From: an uncultured archaeon
GTDB taxonomy: Archaea > Iainarchaeota > Iainarchaeia > Iainarchaeales > Iainarchaeaceae
DNA length: 32,000 bases
Reading direction: 5' to 3'
Assembly (NCBI GenBank): GCA_964577555.1
Contig: CAZNZM010000001.1
Span: forward strand, 125,842-157,841
The notes under the pieces are model-generated. The model did not search any database. It was not told the origin of the DNA and was given only the letters and a program-made list of their open reading frames with translations. Below, piece after piece: positions 27,346 through 32,000 of this stretch. The first letter of the stretch is position 1. Each line of letters opens with the position of its first letter. A program made the position numbers and the translations under genes.

Positions 27346-28644
27346 ATGCTTGATATTAGGTTTGTCAGGGAAAATTCTGGTTTGATAAAGGCTGATCTTG
27401 AAAAGCGTGGGGATTTTGAGAAGCTTAAGTGGCTTTCGGATTTGCTTGATTTGGATAGGAAGTATAGGGGTATTTTGCAGGAGATTGAGTCTTTGCGTGC
27501 TAGCCGTAACAAACTTACTAATGAAATTAATGTTTTGATGAGCCAGAAAAAGGATTTTAAGGATAAGATTGTTGAAGCTAAGAAGCTTCCCGGTAAGATA
27601 AAATCTTTGGAGTCTGCTTTGGTTCCTATTAAGGAAAAGATTGATTGGTATTTGATGAGGCTTCCTAATATTTTGCACGAGTCTGTGCCTGTTGGAAAGG
27701 ATGATTCTGATAATGTTGTTGTCAAGGAGGTTGGTCAGAAGATTTCTAATGTTAATATGCCTCCTCATGGTGATCTTTTGGAGTTGAATGGTTGGGTTGA
27801 GTTTGAGAGGGCTGCAAAAATTTCTGGTTCTGGCTTTTATTTTTTGAAAGGTGATTTTGCTTTGCTTTCTCTTGCGTTGGAGCGTTTTGCAGTTGATAGG
27901 TTGTTGTCTAAGGGTTACACTTTGGTTTTGCCTCCTTTTTTAATGAATAGGGTTTCTTATGAAGGTGTTACTGATTTGGCTGATTTTGAGAGTGTAATGT
28001 ATAAAATTGAGTCTGAGGATTTTTATTTGATTGCTACTTCTGAGCATCCGTTGGCTGGTATGTTTGCTGGTGAGATTTTTCTTGAATCTGAGCTTCCTTT
28101 GAAATTGGTTGGTTTGAGTCCTTGTTTTAGGCGGGAGATTGGCAAGCACGGTGTTGATACTAGGGGGCTTTTTAGGGTTCATCAGTTTAGCAAGGTTGAG
28201 CAGTTTGTTTTTTGTAGGCCTGAAGATTCTTGGGCTTTTCATGAAGAGATTATTTTGAATGCCGAGGAGATTTTTTCAGCTCTTGGGCTTGCTTTTAGGC
28301 GTGTGAATATTTGTACTGGGGATATTGGAACTGTTGCTGCGAAGAAGTATGATTTAGAGGTTTGGATGCCTCGTGAGAGTAGGTATCGGGAGGTTGTTTC
28401 TGCTTCTAATTGTACTTCTTATCAGGCTGTGCGTTCTAATATAAAATATAGGAAGCGGGACGGTTCGAAGGAGTATGTTCATACTTTGAATAGTACTGCT
28501 ATTGCTGTTTCAAGGGCTTTGCGTGCTATTGTTGAAACTTATTGGGATGGTTCTAAGCTTTTGGTTCCTAATGTTTTATTGCCTTATATGGGTGGTGTGA
28601 AAGAGATTTTTCCTGTGAAGAAGATTTCTGGTAAAGGGGTGTGA
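27346..28644 (+). CDS. serS: Seryl-tRNA synthetase
   Basis: MLDIRFVRENSGLIKADLEKRG; YLIATSEHPLAGM; SPCFRREIGKHGVDTRGLFRVHQFSKVEQFVF; TLNSTAIAVSRALRAIVE. Confidence 0.95.
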   Translation: MLDIRFVRENSGLIKADLEKRGDFEKLKWLSDLLDLDRKYRGILQEIESLRASRNKLTNEINVLMSQKKDFKDKIVEAKKLPGKIKSLESALVPIKEKIDWYLMRLPNILHESVPVGKDDSDNVVVKEVGQKISNVNMPPHGDLLELNGWVEFERAAKISGSGFYFLKGDFALLSLALERFAVDRLLSKGYTLVLPPFLMNRVSYEGVTDLADFESVMYKIESEDFYLIATSEHPLAGMFAGEIFLESELPLKLVGLSPCFRREIGKHGVDTRGLFRVHQFSKVEQFVFCRPEDSWAFHEEIILNAEEIFSALGLAFRRVNICTGDIGTVAAKKYDLEVWMPRESRYREVVSASNCTSYQAVRSNIKYRKRDGSKEYVHTLNSTAIAVSRALRAIVETYWDGSKLLVPNVLLPYMGGVKEIFPVKKISGKGV

Positions 28645-28695
28645 TTTTATAAGTAATGTTAAAAAACTCTCTTAGTTCAAGATTATTGTGTTAAA

Positions 28696-28844
28696 GGGCC
28701 CGTAGCTCAGCCTGGTAGAGCACTTGCCTTTTAGCCCTTTCTTTTTTCATGGGAAAAGCGTTTTTTTGCGTTTTTCTTTTTTTGTTTGGGAAAAGTTTTG
28801 GGAGGCTAGCAAGGTGTCCCGGGTTCAAATCCCGGCGGGCTCGT
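28696..28844 (+). tRNA. tRNA-Lys(TTT) with one 75-nt intron (28734-28808) at 37/38
   Basis: Exons GGGCCCGTAGCTCAGCCTGGTAGAGCACTTGCCTTTTA + AGCAAGGTGTCCCGGGTTCAAATCCCGGCGGGCTCG; BHB central helix CTTT (32-35)/GAGG, bulge CT^A. Confidence 0.92.
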
Positions 28845-28870
28845 AGTTTTTGTTTTGCAGTGGTGTTTTG

Positions 28871-31192
28871 ATGTCTGGTGTTGTTCAGGAAAATGTTGTT
28901 AAGGAGCATTGGCCTGTTCATGTTGCTAAGAAGATAATTGAGTTTAAGGGGGATTTGCCTGTTTATACTATTGCTGCAGGTATTACTCCTAGTGGTGTTG
29001 TTCATATTGGTAATTTTAGGGAGATAATGACTGTTCATTTGGTAGGAGTTGCTTTGCGTAAGCTTGGTAAGAATGTTAGGTTTATTTATTCTTGGGATGA
29101 TTATGATGTTTTTAGGAAGATTCCTAATAATTTTCCAAATAAGGAGTTGCTTGAAAAGTATTTGAGGCAGCCTATTGTTGATGTGCCTGATCCTTTTGGT
29201 TGTCATTCTAATTATGCGGAGCATAATGAAAAGGTTCTTGAGGAGGAACTTCCTTCGATGGGTATTTTTCCTGAGTTTATTTATCAGTCTAAAAAGTATC
29301 GTTCTTGTGTTTATGCTGAAGGCATGAAAAAGGCTCTTCTTAACAAGGATAAGATTAAGGTTATTCTTGATAAGTGGCGTGCTGATGATTTGGAGGAAAA
29401 TTGGAATCCTGTTAGGGTTTTTTGTGAGAGGTGTAATACTGATAGGACTAAGGTTGAGGGTTATGATGGTGCTTATTCTTTGACTTATTCTTGTGAGTGT
29501 GGGTTTAGGGATACTTTTGATTTTAGAAAGAAGGGTATTGCAAAGTTGCAGTGGCGTGTTGATTGGCCTATGCGTTGGGATTTTGAGAAAGTCAAGTTTG
29601 AACCTTCTGGGAAGGAGCATTCTTCTGAGGGGGGTAGTAATACTACTGCTAATGAGATAGTCAGGGAGGTTTATGGTTATGAGCCTCCTTTTCATATTAT
29701 GTATGAGTTTATTTCTATTAAGGGAACTGGCGGTAAGATGTCTAGTTCTAAGGGTAATACTATTGATTTGAAGGAGATGAAGTCTGTTTATGAGCCGTGT
29801 GTGATAAAGTATATTTTTGTTAGGCCTATTCCTTCAAAGTCTTTTGAGGTTTCTTTTGATGGTGATGTTATTGCTATTTATGATTCTTTTGATCGTTTGG
29901 AGCGTGTTTATTTTGGTTTGGAGCCTTCTGATAAGGAGAATACTATTGAGCAGTTGAAATCTATTTATGAATTTAGTGCTGTTGAGATTCCAGCATCCAT
30001 GCCTTTTCAACCTGGTTTTAGGCATATTACTACTATTCTTCAATTGAATTTGTTTGATGAAGCCAAGACTTATGATTATTTTAAGAGTGGTGTGAAAACT
30101 TCTTTTGATGATGTTCGTCTTAAGACTAGGATTTCTTGTGCGAAGCATTGGCTTTTGAATTATGCGCCTGATCAGTTTGTTTTTAGGGTTCAGGACAGGG
30201 CTTCTGATTCTGCTTTGCGGATGCCTGTTTTGCACAAGTCAGCTCTTAGGGAGTTTTCTGATTTGTTGTTTGATGGGATGTCAGAGAATGAGATTGGCGA
30301 GGTGTTCAAAAAGGTTGCAGAGTCGAATAATATTCCTTTTGTTGATTTGTTTAGGTCTTCTTATTTGCTTTTACTGGGCAAGGAGCGCGGTCCTAAACTT
30401 TTTCAATTGATTGAGAATGTTGGTGTTCAAAAGTTTAAGTCTTTGGTTGTTGATCTTCTTTCAAGAAATGTTGAGGAAAAAAAGCGTGTTTTGTTGCCTG
30501 GGCAAAAAGAGCTTTTGTCAAAGGTTGGTTTTTTGGTTGATGTTGAGGTGAAGTCTGTTTTTCCTTCTGCAAGGGTTGGTGTTTTGTTTGTTGAAGGTAT
30601 TGATAATTCGAGGGATATTTCTGGTGTTTTACCTCTTATTAGGGCAGAGGAGCAGTCTTTTAGGGAGAAGTATTTTGGCAAGGATTTGTCTTCTTTGAGG
30701 GGGATTAAGGTTTGGCGTGAGGCTTATTCTTTGTTCGGAGCCAAGCCAAAGGATTATAAGTCTTCTATTGAGGCTCTTTCTAAGAGGGTTTTGAAGGGAG
30801 AGCAATTGCCCAGTATTAATCCTCTTGTTGATATTTACAATTATATTTCTCTTAAGTATGTTTTGCCTGTTGGTGGTGTTGATTTGTCTAAGGTTGTAGG
30901 GGACATTAGGCTTTGTTTTGCTAATGGTAGTGAGAATTTTGTTAAAATGGGTTCTAGCAATGTTGAGCATCCTGAAAAAGGAGAGGTTATTTACAAGGAT
31001 GATAAAGAGGTTATTTGCAGGCGTTGGAATTGGCGGGAATCTGAAAATACTAAGATAACTTCTTCTACTTCAAGGGCTTTGATTTTTGTTGAGAGTCTTG
31101 TTGTTGATGATTTGCTTGAAGATGCTTTGATTGAGCTTGCCGGCCTTGTTGAAAATTATTTGGGTGGCAGTGTTTTGAAGTTTGTTGTTTAA
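28871..31192 (+). CDS. lysS: Lysyl-tRNA synthetase class I with C-terminal PheRS-beta B3/4-like domain
   Basis: HIGH-like TPSGVVHIGNFREI; SSKG region GGKMSSSKGN; C-terminal domain (about 30540-31189) IKVWREAYSLFGAKPKDYKSSIEALSKRVLKGEQLPSINPLVDIYNYISLKYVLPVGGVDLSKVVGDIRL...EVICRRWNWRESENTKIT. Confidence 0.92.
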   Translation: MSGVVQENVVKEHWPVHVAKKIIEFKGDLPVYTIAAGITPSGVVHIGNFREIMTVHLVGVALRKLGKNVRFIYSWDDYDVFRKIPNNFPNKELLEKYLRQPIVDVPDPFGCHSNYAEHNEKVLEEELPSMGIFPEFIYQSKKYRSCVYAEGMKKALLNKDKIKVILDKWRADDLEENWNPVRVFCERCNTDRTKVEGYDGAYSLTYSCECGFRDTFDFRKKGIAKLQWRVDWPMRWDFEKVKFEPSGKEHSSEGGSNTTANEIVREVYGYEPPFHIMYEFISIKGTGGKMSSSKGNTIDLKEMKSVYEPCVIKYIFVRPIPSKSFEVSFDGDVIAIYDSFDRLERVYFGLEPSDKENTIEQLKSIYEFSAVEIPASMPFQPGFRHITTILQLNLFDEAKTYDYFKSGVKTSFDDVRLKTRISCAKHWLLNYAPDQFVFRVQDRASDSALRMPVLHKSALREFSDLLFDGMSENEIGEVFKKVAESNNIPFVDLFRSSYLLLLGKERGPKLFQLIENVGVQKFKSLVVDLLSRNVEEKKRVLLPGQKELLSKVGFLVDVEVKSVFPSARVGVLFVEGIDNSRDISGVLPLIRAEEQSFREKYFGKDLSSLRGIKVWREAYSLFGAKPKDYKSSIEALSKRVLKGEQLPSINPLVDIYNYISLKYVLPVGGVDLSKVVGDIRLCFANGSENFVKMGSSNVEHPEKGEVIYKDDKEVICRRWNWRESENTKITSSTSRALIFVESLVVDDLLEDALIELAGLVENYLGGSVLKFVV

Positions 31193-31251
31193 ATTTTTTT
31201 TTGAATTTTAACGTAAGGTATTTAAAGTTCATTTAAGAGGATTTACTTGCA

Positions 31252-31389
31252 GGGCCCGTAGCTCAGGCTGGTAGAGCACTTGATTCTTTAAAGTTTAATG
31301 CTTTTGGAAGGTGTGGCTCTTATGGTTTTTTACCAGTCTGGTTGGCCGGAATTACCAAGGTGTCGCGGGTTCAAATCCCGCCGGGCTCG
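31252..31389 (+). tRNA. tRNA-Lys(CTT) with two introns (31283-31315 at 30/31; 31323-31353 at 37/38)
   Basis: Exons 31252-31282, 31316-31322 (GCTCTTA), 31354-31389 give a 74-nt tRNA with G73. Intron 1 BHB: CACT/GGTG with bulges TG^A and TG^G. Confidence 0.88.
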
Positions 31390-31485
31390 TTTATATTTTC
31401 TAATCATTTTTTTTGTGTTTGGTTGTTTTTTTTGTTTTGCAGGTGTTTTTTTTAAATGTTGTTTATATTTTTTTTAGTGTTTTGA

Positions 31486-31646
31486 GAGGAAGTAGCTCAG
31501 CCTGGGAGAGCACTCGTCAGGCACAAGCGGCTTTTTAGTGGCTTGTTTGGCCTGGGTGAAGCTGAAGATGGTACAACGTTGGTTGTTTTATCTTCGTTGC
31601 TCCCTTGGTTACCGGGGTGTCGCGGGTTCAAATCCCGCCTTCCTCA
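31486..31646 (+). tRNA. tRNA-Phe(GAA) with two introns (31517-31560 at 30/31; 31568-31610 at 37/38)
   Basis: Exons 31486-31516, 31561-31567 (GCTGAAG), 31611-31646 give a 74-nt tRNA, A73. Intron 1 BHB: CACT/GGTG, bulges CG^T and AA^G, inner helix CAGGC/GCCTG. Intron 2 BHB: CTGA/TTGG, bulges AG^A and TT^A. Confidence 0.9.
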
Positions 31647-31659
31647 TTTTTTGAATTTT

Positions 31660-32000
31660 ATTTTGTCTAGTTTGTTTTTTTGTTGTATTTTTTTGTTTTT
31701 TTTTAGCCGAGTTTTTTTTGTCAAGTTGTTTGTTTTTGTGAGCCAATTTTTTATCATTTTTCTTTTTTTTTTGAATTCTTTTTTTTGTCAAGTTGTTTGT
31801 TTTTGTGAGCCAATTTTTTGTCATTTTTCTTTTTTTTGAATTCTTTTTTTTTGTCAATTATTTTTTTTAATTGAATTTTGTTTTTTTTTGCAAGCCACTT
31901 TTTTTTAATTTTTTATTGTTTTTTGTTTTTTTTGATTTGTTTATTTTTTTGTGAGCCAATTTTTTATCATTTTTCTTTTTTTTTTGAATTCTTTTTTTTG
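31660..32000. repeat. T-rich modular repeat array with 67-bp tandem units
   Basis: Unit tcaagttgtttgtttttgtgagccaattttttatcatttttctt...gaattctttttttg at 31721-31787 and 31788-31854, related copy at about 31950-32000; reverse complement of the 11.76 and 21.69 kb modules. Confidence 0.85.

Noticed and set aside
28691-29695. 334-aa minus-strand ORF
   Set aside because: Runs antisense through lysS and the tRNA-Lys gene; its open frame comes from the T/G-skewed codon usage of the true genes (stop codons are rare antisense).
31252-31389. tRNA-His(GTG) reading of the spliced gene
   Set aside because: An alternative middle exon GGTGTGG gives GTG, but it violates tRNA-His identity (no G-1, discriminator G not C), and GGTG is required for the BHB helix. 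GCTCTTA gives Lys(CTT) with correct C32, T33, A37 and G73.
31660-32000. CRISPR array
   Set aside because: The 67-bp units are tandem with no unique spacers, and the modules are A/T tracts; no cas genes are present.

Overview
AT-rich archaeal chromosome segment; the gene set (class I LysRS, TFE, aTrm56, isopentenyl phosphate kinase, XerA-type recombinase, BHB-intron tRNAs) suggests a small-genome, DPANN-like archaeon (inference). Main content: a partial pyruvate phosphate dikinase; NAD kinase; a compact seven-gene mevalonate/isoprenoid operon plus an OB-fold partner (HMGR class II, HMGS, thiolase, DUF35, MVK, MVD-type decarboxylase, NUDIX/IDI-like, IPK); Dus; NAD synthetase; HAD phosphatase; a Xer-type recombinase; PRC-barrel protein; TFE; aTrm56; SerRS; class I LysRS; and five tRNA genes. 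Strongest observations: (1) LysRS-I carries a C-terminal domain resembling the PheRS-beta B3/4 editing domain; (2) tRNA-Lys(CTT) and tRNA-Phe(GAA) sit side by side, each with two BHB-type introns at the same positions (30/31 and 37/38), next to an intron-bearing tRNA-Lys(TTT); (3) a dispersed family of A/T-rich, strand-asymmetric modular intergenic repeats, including a 67-bp tandem; (4) an ORB-like element near a change in strand composition at about 23-23.9 kb, a candidate replication origin; (5) a structured ncRNA candidate at about 26.4-26.6 kb; (6) GTAATTAC palindromes spaced exactly 41 bp upstream of a putative wHTH gene; (7) a mevalonate operon with a decarboxylase and IPK but no phosphomevalonate kinase. 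No CRISPR array, defence system or transposase was recognised.
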